42,145 bases of DNA from Candidatus Saccharimonadia bacterium (lineage in GTDB: Bacteria > Patescibacteriota > Saccharimonadia > Saccharimonadales > DATKHC01), in the NCBI GenBank assembly GCA_035510315.1, contig DATKHH010000003.1:1-42145 (forward strand). The letters run 5' to 3'. A program made the position numbers and the translations under genes. The notes beneath the pieces were generated by a model. That model ran no database searches and had not been told where the DNA came from. It worked only from the letters and a program-made list of their open reading frames with translations. Of the stretch, positions 17,565 through 26,239 are shown one piece after another (the first letter of the stretch is position 1; each line of letters opens with the position of its first letter).

Positions 17565-20450
17565 ATGAAAAGATATAATCCCAAAGAGATTGAACCAAAG
17601 TGGCAATCACAGTGGCAAAGTGATGGAATATATAAGGCTTTAGATAACTCTAAAAAGCCGAAGAAATATGTTCTAGAGTTTTTCCCATACCCTAGCGGTA
17701 ATGCAATGCATGTCGGCCATGTCCGTAATTATACAATTGGAGATACACTAGCCAGATTTAACAGAATGAATGGTTATAACGTTCTCCACCCAATGGGCTG
17801 GGACGGTTTTGGTTTACCTGCAGAGAACTATGCAATTAAAACGGGTATAAGCCCTAGAGTGGCAATTGATCGTAATACTAAACGCTTCAAACAACAGCTT
17901 ATGGCTATGGGATTTGGCTATGATTGGTCCAGAGAGGTTGATTCGACAGATCCAAAATATTATAAATGGACACAGTGGTTTTTCCTTTATTTGTTTAAAA
18001 AAGGCCTAGCATATAGACAAGAAAGTTTGCAGTGGTGGTGCCCAAAGGATAAGACAGTATTAGCTAACGAACAGGTTGAAGCCGGTAGGTGTTGGCGATG
18101 CGGCCACGTAGTAGAGAAAAAAGCACTCAAACAATGGTTTTTTAAAATTACTGATTATGCTGATGATTTAGAAAAAGATCTGGAAGATCTTGATTGGAGT
18201 GAGTCGATAAAGACCGTGCAGAGAAACTGGATAGGTAAAAGTATTGGTTGTGAAGCAGACTTTAAAATTAAAGGTCAAGCAAAAGTAATAAAGGTGTTTA
18301 CGACCAGAATTGATACCATATATGGTGCAACTTTTTTAGTTTTAGCACCAGAACATTACCTACTTAAGGAAATAGTTACAAAAGATCAAAAGGCTGAAGT
18401 CGATAGATATATTGACCTGGCTATGTCTAAAAGTGACATACAAAGACAAGACAGTGATAAGAAAAAAACAGGTGTGTTTAGTGGTGCGTATGCCATAAAT
18501 CCTATTCATGATCAGCCGATTCCAATTTGGATTGCTGATTATGTTCTAGGCACTTATGGCTCTGGTGCAATAATGGCCGTACCTGGCCATGACCAAAGAG
18601 ACATGGATTTTGCAACTGAATTTAGCCTTCCTATTATCGAGGTCATTGAACCTGTTTTTGGTGAACCGCAAGGGGATGAAGTACATAAAGATAAAATCAT
18701 AGCTGTTTTAAGAGATCCTAGAAACAACAAAGTAATTGTGCTCGATTGGGGTTTAAGACAGAAACGCCATGGTGGCAATATGCTAATTGGGGGTAGCGTT
18801 GAAAAAGGTGAAGATACAGTAGCAGCTGCAGAGAGGGAAATACGAGAAGAAACGGGCTATTCAGATATAAAGTTTGTTCGTAAACTAACGTCAAGGGGGC
18901 ATGGCTACTTCTATTCAAATGTAAAAAATCAAAATTATTGCGGACATTGTAGTGGACTATTATTTGAACTGGGTAGCGATAAAAAGGTCTCAACAAATCT
19001 CGATGAGGGTGAAAAAAATAAATTTAATCTTAAGTGGATGGATGAAGATAGTGTAGACCAAATACTCGATGATGGTATACATCAGGCATTTTATAAACGT
19101 CTTGTCCTAAATGAATGTTACACGGGCGAAGGTATAATGATTCATTCAGGAGACTATGATGGGATTTCATCATCTGAGATGAGAGACAGGGTTTTGTCTG
19201 ATCTTGTTAAACAGAAAAAAGCTAAAGAGAAAGTAAATTACAAGATCAGAGATTGGTTAATTAGTAGACAAAGGTATTGGGGAGCACCTATCCCGATTAT
19301 ATATTGCACGGATGATGGTATTGTTGCTGTGCCAGAAGATGAGCTACCAGTACTACTTCCAGAGATTGAGAAATATGAACCTAGCGTCGATGGTAGAAGT
19401 CCGCTGGCTAATGTAGATTCGTTTGTTAATACCATTTGCCCAAAATGTGGTAAACCTGCCAAAAGAGAAACTGACACTATGGACGGCTTTGCATGTAGTA
19501 GCTGGTATTTTTTGAGATTTGCTGATCCACATAACGACAAGCAGCCATTTTCAAAAGACAAGGTTGATTATTGGTTACCAGTTGATGAATATATTGGTGG
19601 AGCAGAGCATGCAGTCATGCATCTTTTGTACGCTAGATTTTGGACTAAGGTTATGCATAGCGGAGGACTAATTAATTTTAGCGAACCGTTTAAAACGCTT
19701 AAAAATCATGGCATGATTTTAGCTCCTGATGGAGCTAAAATGAGCAAAAGCAAGAACAATACTATTGAACCAGAAACTTTATTGGAACAAGGCTATGGTG
19801 CTGACACTATTAGGATTATGGAGCTATTTATAGGGCCATGGGATCAAAGTGCTAACTGGAGTGTTGAGGGAATGGCCGGAGCTAATAGATTTTTACAGCG
19901 AATCTGGACTATATGTAGTGAATTCTTAGAGTCTAAAACCAAACCAAAAAACGACGAAACTTCAGAAACACTAAAGAGGGTGATTAATCAAACAATTGAT
20001 AAGACTTCTAAAGATATACATAACCTAAGTTTTAACACTGCTATTGCGGCACAGATGGAATGTTTAAATCAGCTTTACAAGCTAAAAGAAGTGGATAATT
20101 TTTCTAATCGTGAAAGTTGGAGTTTTGCGCTAAAAACACTCCTTCAGTTGCTTGCTCCGTTTGCACCACATATCAGTGAAGAACTTTGGAGTAAGTTCGA
20201 TCAAAATGAATCAATACACTTATCTTCATGGCCAGCAGCAGACGAAATTTATCTAAAGAAAGATAAACAGACTATAGTTATTCAAGTAAATGGTAAATTG
20301 CGTAGTGAAATAGAAATAAGTTTCGATTTAAGTGAGGCTGAAATTACAGATTTGGCTTTAAAACAATCAAAAGTAAACAACGCTATAAAAGGTAAAAACA
20401 TTAAGAAAACCATACATGTAAAAGATAGGTTAGTTAACTTCGTAACTTAA
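17565..20450 (+). CDS. leuS: Leucine--tRNA ligase carrying an inserted Nudix domain
   Basis: HIGH-type motif (NAMHVGH), KMSKS, CP1 editing signatures (TTRIDTIYGATF, MAVPGHDQRDMDFA) and RDWLISRQRYWGAPIP. At 961 aa it is about 100 aa longer than the 860 aa I recall for E. coli LeuRS. Confidence 0.95.
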   Translation: MKRYNPKEIEPKWQSQWQSDGIYKALDNSKKPKKYVLEFFPYPSGNAMHVGHVRNYTIGDTLARFNRMNGYNVLHPMGWDGFGLPAENYAIKTGISPRVAIDRNTKRFKQQLMAMGFGYDWSREVDSTDPKYYKWTQWFFLYLFKKGLAYRQESLQWWCPKDKTVLANEQVEAGRCWRCGHVVEKKALKQWFFKITDYADDLEKDLEDLDWSESIKTVQRNWIGKSIGCEADFKIKGQAKVIKVFTTRIDTIYGATFLVLAPEHYLLKEIVTKDQKAEVDRYIDLAMSKSDIQRQDSDKKKTGVFSGAYAINPIHDQPIPIWIADYVLGTYGSGAIMAVPGHDQRDMDFATEFSLPIIEVIEPVFGEPQGDEVHKDKIIAVLRDPRNNKVIVLDWGLRQKRHGGNMLIGGSVEKGEDTVAAAEREIREETGYSDIKFVRKLTSRGHGYFYSNVKNQNYCGHCSGLLFELGSDKKVSTNLDEGEKNKFNLKWMDEDSVDQILDDGIHQAFYKRLVLNECYTGEGIMIHSGDYDGISSSEMRDRVLSDLVKQKKAKEKVNYKIRDWLISRQRYWGAPIPIIYCTDDGIVAVPEDELPVLLPEIEKYEPSVDGRSPLANVDSFVNTICPKCGKPAKRETDTMDGFACSSWYFLRFADPHNDKQPFSKDKVDYWLPVDEYIGGAEHAVMHLLYARFWTKVMHSGGLINFSEPFKTLKNHGMILAPDGAKMSKSKNNTIEPETLLEQGYGADTIRIMELFIGPWDQSANWSVEGMAGANRFLQRIWTICSEFLESKTKPKNDETSETLKRVINQTIDKTSKDIHNLSFNTAIAAQMECLNQLYKLKEVDNFSNRESWSFALKTLLQLLAPFAPHISEELWSKFDQNESIHLSSWPAADEIYLKKDKQTIVIQVNGKLRSEIEISFDLSEAEITDLALKQSKVNNAIKGKNIKKTIHVKDRLVNFVT
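18660..19125 (+). other. Nudix hydrolase domain (about 150 aa) inserted in the LeuRS linker after CP1
   Basis: Complete Nudix box GSVEKGEDTVAAAEREIREETGY (G-x5-E-x7-R-E-U-x-E-E-x-G-U), aa 410-432, nt 18792-18860. It is flanked by the LeuRS segments ...PIIEVIEPVFGEP and GEGIMIHSGDYDG. Confidence 0.8.
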
Positions 20451-20470
20451 GAATGGACCACATCAACACT

Positions 20471-20498
20471 TTGTAGATAGCATATTCTAGGTTATAAT
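20471..20498 (+). promoter_or_regulatory. Candidate sigma-70 promoter upstream of rpmF
   Basis: TTGTAG (20471-20476), a 16-nt spacer, then TATAAT (20493-20498). Confidence 0.5.
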
Positions 20499-20538
20499 CA
20501 GTATAATCCGTTAACAAAATAGGAGTCTTACAAGCAAT

Positions 20539-20688
20539 ATGGGTAAGCCCAAAAAGCGTACATCGCCTAGAAGAACAGGCACCAGAAGAAGTCATCTTGC
20601 CCTTAAATTGGCTAGATCGGTTAATAAGACTTCCCCAATAAAGGTATTTACAACTCGAAAAGAGAGTGGTAAAAAGCTAGCTAGCTAA
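20539..20688 (+). CDS. rpmF: 50S ribosomal protein L32, 49 aa (absent from the supplied ORF track)
   Basis: Hand translation gives MGKPKKRTSPRRTGTRRSHLALKLARSVNKTSPIKVFTTRKESGKKLAS. The N-terminus matches the L32 signature (..PKK.TS..R...RRSH). aggag lies upstream at 20521-20525. Confidence 0.85.
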   Translation: MGKPKKRTSPRRTGTRRSHLALKLARSVNKTSPIKVFTTRKESGKKLAS

Positions 20689-20725
20689 AGCTAAAATTTT
20701 ATATACCTTAAGGAGAATTTAGATT

Positions 20726-21187
20726 ATGGCATCAAATAGACACCTTGGTCGTATAATTTCTCTACAGACTCTTTATGAGTTAGAGTTTCGCGAGGAAGCT
20801 GGAGACAAATCTGCTAATTTAAGTTCGATAATCAACCGTAACATAGACCGATACAGAAAGACGGTAGAAGATAAAAGCTTTATTGAGAAGTTAACCAAAG
20901 GTGTATATTCTAAATCAAAACAACTAGATAAAAAGTTACAACCCTTGGCTGTTGATTGGCCAATGGACAAGATTGCAAAAATGGATCGAATCGTTCTAAG
21001 AATAGGGGCTTATGAGTTATTATTCGAATCGGATGTACCCGCCAAAGTTGTCATAAATGAAGCTGTTGAGTTGGCAAAAGCGTTTGGTGGAGATAATTCG
21101 AGTAAATTCATAAACGGTGTATTGGGATCTTTATACAGAGAAGATCAAGTCAAAATAGATACTCTTAGAGACCCAAGTAAGAAGTAA
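20726..21187 (+). CDS. nusB: Transcription antitermination factor NusB
   Basis: R.....LQ.LYE.EF N-terminus, DR..LR.G.YEL and [13 protein letters not shown]......F.NGVL. SD aaggag lies upstream. Confidence 0.85.
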   Translation: MASNRHLGRIISLQTLYELEFREEAGDKSANLSSIINRNIDRYRKTVEDKSFIEKLTKGVYSKSKQLDKKLQPLAVDWPMDKIAKMDRIVLRIGAYELLFESDVPAKVVINEAVELAKAFGGDNSSKFINGVLGSLYREDQVKIDTLRDPSKK

Positions 21188-21205
21188 GATAGGATATTTT
21201 AGAGA

Positions 21206-21706
21206 ATGCATAGACCAAAACCAATAAAAGGCATAAAACACTTTGTTAAAAGACGACGATCAACTATACAAGAAGTTTTACAAGAACCAACAGCTGGAGG
21301 CTTAATTTTTAGAAGATCTAAGCAAAACGACGCCATAGAATTTTTATTAATTCAAGATTCTAAAGGTAGGTGGACTATTCCAAAAGGTCATATTGAACCT
21401 GGCGAGAAACCTAGAGAAACTGCGGCTAGAGAGGTTACCGAGGAAACTGGCTTAAAAGATATGCAGATAACGGGTTGGCTGGGCAAGATTCATTTTAGAT
21501 ATCGCAGAGAATCTAGCTTAGTTCTCATGACTACTGAAATATTTTTGGTTCAAGCCCTTGGAGATACTGAAGATATAAAAAAAGAGGAATGGATGAAAGA
21601 TGTTAGATGGTTAACATCCTCTGAAGCAATTGATAAGATAGAGTATGATGATATTACAAAATTACTTTTAGTTGCACTAAAGAAGATCAAAAATGCAGGA
21701 TTATAG
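21206..21706 (+). CDS. Stand-alone Nudix hydrolase
   Basis: Nudix box GHIEPGEKPRETAAREVTEETGL. Confidence 0.85.
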   Translation: MHRPKPIKGIKHFVKRRRSTIQEVLQEPTAGGLIFRRSKQNDAIEFLLIQDSKGRWTIPKGHIEPGEKPRETAAREVTEETGLKDMQITGWLGKIHFRYRRESSLVLMTTEIFLVQALGDTEDIKKEEWMKDVRWLTSSEAIDKIEYDDITKLLLVALKKIKNAGL

Positions 21707-22397
21707 TCAGTACCAGAAATTTTCAAAAGATGTTTTAGGCGTAGTTTTTAATGACATCACTTTACTGGTCACGGCCTTTACTCATAGGTCTTACGTAAAT
21801 GAGCACAAAAAATCTGTTAAAGAGCACAATGAGAGACTAGAATTTTTAGGCGATGCAGTCTTAGAGTTAGTCACAACAGAATACTTGTACAAAAGATTTG
21901 CAGAACCAGAAGGGATTTTAACTAACTGGAGAAGCGCATTAGTAAGAACTGAAAGTATCAGTGCCGCTGCATCAAATTTTGGCTTTGAGCCACTGCTTAG
22001 ACTTAGCAAAGGTGAGAAAAGAGGCACATCAAGAGCCAGACAACAGATACTTGCCAATTGTTATGAATCTGTCCTTGGGGCTTTATATTTAGATAGAGGT
22101 TATGATGATGTAGCAAAATTTATAGAAAAAAGCCTGCTTATTACTTTTGATGATATCTTAAAGAAAGGTTCTTGGATGGATCCCAAATCTTATTTGCAAG
22201 AGCTAGTTCAAAGTAGAGACGGATCAACACCTATATATAAAGTTTTGGATGAAAATGGCCCGGATCATGACAAGGCGTTTACTGTAGGTGTGTTTGTAGA
22301 TGGTATTTTGAAAGGCAAGGGTAGCGGTCCTTCTAAACAAGCAGGACAGATTGATGCTGCTAGAGTGGCGCTAGAAGCTTACCAATCTGTAAATTAA
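21693..22397 (+). CDS. rnc: Ribonuclease III
   Basis: Catalytic signature ERLEFLGDAVLE and a C-terminal dsRBD (DPKS.LQE...GPDH.K.F.V). Confidence 0.95.
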   Translation: MQDYSQYQKFSKDVLGVVFNDITLLVTAFTHRSYVNEHKKSVKEHNERLEFLGDAVLELVTTEYLYKRFAEPEGILTNWRSALVRTESISAAASNFGFEPLLRLSKGEKRGTSRARQQILANCYESVLGALYLDRGYDDVAKFIEKSLLITFDDILKKGSWMDPKSYLQELVQSRDGSTPIYKVLDENGPDHDKAFTVGVFVDGILKGKGSGPSKQAGQIDAARVALEAYQSVN

Positions 22398-22426
22398 TTG
22401 ACAACAGATACGCTTACCTGTAAAAT
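22398..22426 (+). promoter_or_regulatory. Near-consensus sigma-70 promoter of the rpsP operon
   Basis: TTGACA (22398-22403), a 17-nt spacer, then TAAAAT (22421-22426). Confidence 0.6.
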
Positions 22427-22476
22427 AACTTGATCTATATTAATAAATGACATAGAGGAAACACCTTAAGTATTAT

Positions 22477-22989
22477 ATGTTAGCTATAAGAATGCAAAGA
22501 ACCGGGAGAAAAGGAACTGCTCATTTTAGAATGATCGTTCAAGATTCTCGTCGAACTCCAACTAGTGGGAATATTGTTGAACTGCTCGGAAATTATAATC
22601 CACACACAAAAGAAGCTATTTTCAATAAGGAAAGGGTAGAATTTTATCTAAACAATGGTGCACAACCAACGCCTAGAGTAGTCAGGATTTTAACTCAAGC
22701 AAAAATAAAACTTCCAACTTGGATAAAAAATGAGTTGGTAAAGAAACGAACAATTAAAAACCCTGACAAACTAAGAAAAAATAGACCAAAAGAAAAAACT
22801 CCAGTTGCTGAAGAAGACAAAACGGCACCAGAAGCCGAAGAAAATAAAGTAGATATTTCGGATGTAGCGCAGCCAGATAAAGAAGAAGCACCAAAAGTCG
22901 AGACAGAAGAAGTTAAAGATAAGGAAGCGGAAAAAGAAGCTGCAACTGGTGATGAAACTGCAATCGACCCTGAAACAGAGAAATCTTAA
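22477..22989 (+). CDS. rpsP: 30S ribosomal protein S16 with a long K/E-rich C-terminal extension
   Basis: MLAIRMQRTGRKGTAHFRMIV...YNP matches the S16 N-terminal core. About 80 additional low-complexity residues follow. Confidence 0.9.
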   Translation: MLAIRMQRTGRKGTAHFRMIVQDSRRTPTSGNIVELLGNYNPHTKEAIFNKERVEFYLNNGAQPTPRVVRILTQAKIKLPTWIKNELVKKRTIKNPDKLRKNRPKEKTPVAEEDKTAPEAEENKVDISDVAQPDKEEAPKVETEEVKDKEAEKEAATGDETAIDPETEKS

Positions 22990-23071
22990 ATTAGCCGAAT
23001 ATATTATTTATCTAGATAACGGTGTAGAATAGTTTTTAGAAATAACTTAAAGAAAAGGACGGACGGAAATC

Positions 23072-23536
23072 ATGAGTCAAACAATTGATCAACAGTTTAT
23101 AGAGTACATAGTAAAATCTTTAGTTAGTAATCCTGACGCAGTAGTTGTTGATAGACGAGTAGATGAGAAGGGTGTTTTATTAGAATTACATGTTGATTCT
23201 GTTGATCTTGGTCGGGTGATAGGCAAAAGAGGTGCTACCGCTCAGAGCCTTAGGATCCTTCTAAGAGCCCTTGGCACTAAGCAAGATGCAAGATTAAATC
23301 TAAAGATAATTGATCCGTCTGAAGGTGAACCTAGAAATAACGATTTTGCTTCTAGTGAGCACAGAGATGATCACCAAGATAATCACGTTGATGAAAAAAG
23401 TGAAGTTGAAGACGTGCAAGAGCCCGAGCCAAAGACTGATAGCGAACCAGATGAGCAAGTTATACCGGATGCAAGCGAGGACAGATTTAAGAAAACAAGA
23501 GAAGAATTGGCAGAGTTTGACGATCTGGATGTTTAG
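23072..23536 (+). CDS. KH-domain RNA-binding protein (YlqC-like) with an acidic C-terminal tail
   Basis: KH GxxG loop VIGKRGATAQSLR. It occupies the conserved position between rpsP and trmD. The overlapping ORF 23310..23540 was rejected. Confidence 0.8.
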   Translation: MSQTIDQQFIEYIVKSLVSNPDAVVVDRRVDEKGVLLELHVDSVDLGRVIGKRGATAQSLRILLRALGTKQDARLNLKIIDPSEGEPRNNDFASSEHRDDHQDNHVDEKSEVEDVQEPEPKTDSEPDEQVIPDASEDRFKKTREELAEFDDLDV

Positions 23537-23569
23537 ATAGAAACTGTATTAAACGGGTAAGGTCTCTTT

Positions 23570-24205
23570 ATGAAGATACAAATAATTACTCTATTTCCTG
23601 ATATGTTTAAGGGAGTAGTGAATACTGGCATGCTCAGAAAAGCTCAGGAGTTAAAACTTGTAGATTTTAATATTATTAATTTAAGAGATTTTGGTGTTGG
23701 TAGTCGAAAAAATGTCGATGAAACACCATATGGTGGTGGTGATGGTATGGTATTAAGACCAGAACCAGTATTTGCTGCAGTAGACTATGCTAAGAGCTTA
23801 GATAAAAAAGCAAGGGTGATTTTGCCAACACCCAGAGGGCAACAGTTTAAACAATCTGAAGCTAAAAAATTAGCAAATTTAGGGCAAGGTCTGATTATTA
23901 TATGTCCAAGGTATGAGGGTTATGATGAGAGGATTACGACTTTAGTGGATCAACAATATTGTATTGGCAACTATATTTTAACTGGTGGAGAAGTCCCGGC
24001 TATGATTATTTTTGACAGTGTAATTCGTTTGCTACCAGGAGTGTTGGGCGGTGAAAATTCAGCCGAATTTGAGTCATTTCAGATTGATGACGTTAATATT
24101 GAACATTCACAATACACTAGACCTGCAGAGTTTCATGGGCTCAAGGTTCCAGAGGTGTTACTAAGTGGTAATCATAAAAAAATAAGTGAGTATCGCCAAA
24201 AATAA
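23570..24205 (+). CDS. trmD: tRNA (guanine37-N1)-methyltransferase TrmD
   Basis: IITLFPDMF, YGGGDGMVLRPEP, CPRYEGYDER and LTGGE.PA signatures. Confidence 0.95.
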   Translation: MKIQIITLFPDMFKGVVNTGMLRKAQELKLVDFNIINLRDFGVGSRKNVDETPYGGGDGMVLRPEPVFAAVDYAKSLDKKARVILPTPRGQQFKQSEAKKLANLGQGLIIICPRYEGYDERITTLVDQQYCIGNYILTGGEVPAMIIFDSVIRLLPGVLGGENSAEFESFQIDDVNIEHSQYTRPAEFHGLKVPEVLLSGNHKKISEYRQK

Positions 24206-24262
24206 TACAGATTATTTAGTACAATAGTAGTATAAATTTAAATGAAAGTTGGGGGTATCAAT

Positions 24263-24658
24263 ATGTACAAAGCTATATCTAGAATGATTAAACCAGTGTA
24301 TGCACATTGTGATTTGCCATGTGGCGTTTATGATCCAATGCAAGCAATGATTGAGGCTAAATCAATAGAAGGGATTTTAAAAAAATATCCAGAGCTTGGT
24401 GACACAGATAAACAGAGAGCAATTTTTATAAAAGAGCAAAGAGCCGAGCTAGTGAAACATCATCTTTGGGTGCTATGGACAGATTACTTTAAGCCAAAAC
24501 ATCTAGAAAAATATCCGGAACTTCACACACTCACGTGGGAAACGACAAAACAAGCTGGTAAAACCAAAAAGACAGTTGATGTCGTTGAAGCTCAAAAATT
24601 AATAGCAGGCATAGAAAAGATTTCTAAGATATTTTGGGAAACAAAAAAACCAGTTTAA
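24263..24658 (+). CDS. sodN: Nickel superoxide dismutase precursor
   Basis: Ni-hook HCDLPCGVYDP. Starting at the ATG at 24263 (ggggg RBS 7 nt upstream) gives a 14-aa propeptide and a 117-aa mature protein, the lengths I recall for Streptomyces NiSOD. The ORF track starts at 24242. Confidence 0.9.
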   Translation: MYKAISRMIKPVYAHCDLPCGVYDPMQAMIEAKSIEGILKKYPELGDTDKQRAIFIKEQRAELVKHHLWVLWTDYFKPKHLEKYPELHTLTWETTKQAGKTKKTVDVVEAQKLIAGIEKISKIFWETKKPV

Positions 24659-24660
24659 AG

Positions 24661-24945
24661 ATGCTATGGAGCTTGCCTCTTACGCTGAGACGAGTAGTGG
24701 GACCGAGTATGTACCCAACTCTTAAGAATAATCAAATTGTGCTAGCTTGGAAGTCTAAAAACTACAGCGTAAATGATATAGTTATATTTTCTTTGAACAA
24801 CAGAGAGATTATTAAGCGAATAAGTGATATGAATCATAACTTGGTTTACGTTCTTGGCGATAATCTTAAAAGTAGCATCGATAGTAGGAAGTTTGGTTGG
24901 ATTAATTTAGAAGATATTAAATATAAAATAATTCTAAAAAAATAA
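24661..24945 (+). CDS. sodX: S26-type signal-peptidase-like NiSOD maturation protease
   Basis: GPSMYPTL catalytic-serine motif, with GDN...S.DSR later. It lies immediately after sodN. I prefer the ATG at 24661 over the TTG at 24634. Confidence 0.75.
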   Translation: MLWSLPLTLRRVVGPSMYPTLKNNQIVLAWKSKNYSVNDIVIFSLNNREIIKRISDMNHNLVYVLGDNLKSSIDSRKFGWINLEDIKYKIILKK

Positions 24946-24947
24946 GA

Positions 24948-26132
24948 CTAGACTTTATTCTTGCATACTGGGCATGACTCTTCTTCTTCAAATTCCCTGC
25001 CAGCTTGCATAATGGCCATATTCCATGGTTCGTAGTCATGAAATCCAGCAATATCGGCAAGCCCTCTTAGCCATGAGCCAAGTAGTCCATAAATTTTAAG
25101 TGGTCCCCAGAGTACTGCTGCCCAATTAGGGCCAACATTAAAAACGTATATAGGTGTTTTTGGGATGTAGGGTGATGGTTTTTTGTTATCTAGTATTCTC
25201 TCAAGATTATTTGATACAAATTTACCATCGTATATAGCGGTTTGTGCCATTCCACTAAAGGGTGTATCCGCGTTATCTCCCATAACATATATTCCTTTTT
25301 CAGCTTGCAAGTGTTTATCAACTATAACTCGACCGTTTTTGGATAGTTCAAATTCGTTATCCAAAAAGAAGTTATTATTAGTTACGCCTGCGGTCCACAC
25401 GACACTATGACTATGGATCGGCTTGTTATTCGCAAGTAATACGCCACTGCTTTCAGATTCTACGGCTGTATTTGTATAAATGTTTATGTCAAGTTTTTTT
25501 AGATGTTTTTCCACCCTTATAGATAAATCTTCAGGTGCCTTAGGCAGTATTCTTGGTGCTGCTTCGATCAGATCAATATGCAGGGATGTTTCTTTTATAG
25601 AGTGGTACTTTAGAATCTTTGATATATAACTAGGTAACATTGCTGCCAGTTCAACACCAGTTGGACCACCACCAACAACAACGTAATTGAGATCAGGCTT
25701 TTTATCGTTGTAAATTTGTTTATGCAAATGGTTTTTAAATCTTTCTGCATCATCGAGTGATTTTATACCGTAAGAATATTCCTCTAGTCCTTTGATGTTA
25801 AAATAGTTAGTTTTAACGCCCAAGCCAATTAATAATGTGTCATAACTGAACTTACGCTTTTTAGCTGTAGTTACACACTTATTTTTTCTATCAAGTGTTT
25901 TAACTTGATCCTGTATTAAGTCTATAGGTCTTTTTTTGAATATTTGTTCTAGAGGTATATTAGAGAGAGCCTTATTTTTACCAGTTGCTGTTTGAAAAAG
26001 CGTTGGAAAATAATTAAAATCCATATGGTCGGATATTAATTGAACATGGAATTTTGGGTTTTTTGACAATAGTAGTGCTGATTTTATACCAGCGAATCCT
26101 CCACCTATAATAACTACTTTATGTTTTGACAT
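24948..26132 (-). CDS. ndh: Type II NADH:quinone oxidoreductase (NDH-2)
   Basis: Two Rossmann motifs, VVIIGGGFAG and VVVGGGPTGVE. Length and layout are typical of NDH-2. Confidence 0.8.
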   Translation of the reverse strand: MSKHKVVIIGGGFAGIKSALLLSKNPKFHVQLISDHMDFNYFPTLFQTATGKNKALSNIPLEQIFKKRPIDLIQDQVKTLDRKNKCVTTAKKRKFSYDTLLIGLGVKTNYFNIKGLEEYSYGIKSLDDAERFKNHLHKQIYNDKKPDLNYVVVGGGPTGVELAAMLPSYISKILKYHSIKETSLHIDLIEAAPRILPKAPEDLSIRVEKHLKKLDINIYTNTAVESESSGVLLANNKPIHSHSVVWTAGVTNNNFFLDNEFELSKNGRVIVDKHLQAEKGIYVMGDNADTPFSGMAQTAIYDGKFVSNNLERILDNKKPSPYIPKTPIYVFNVGPNWAAVLWGPLKIYGLLGSWLRGLADIAGFHDYEPWNMAIMQAGREFEEEESCPVCKNKV

Positions 26133-26239
26133 TTTTTTATTTTAATTTTTTTGAAGTTCACTTTAAATCTTATCACATAGCCAGATAATCTCTATATGAT
26201 CTTGCATAATTATCTTTAAAACATTACGCTTAAGTATAT

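Noticed and set aside
26133-26239. A possible Rex or other redox-regulator operator (ttgaagttcac, and agataat-N19-attatct) in the ndh / FAD-oxidase divergent region
   Set aside because: It gives only a half-site-level match to the Rex consensus TTGTGAA-N4-TTCACAA. The inverted repeat is short and AT-rich. The evidence is insufficient.
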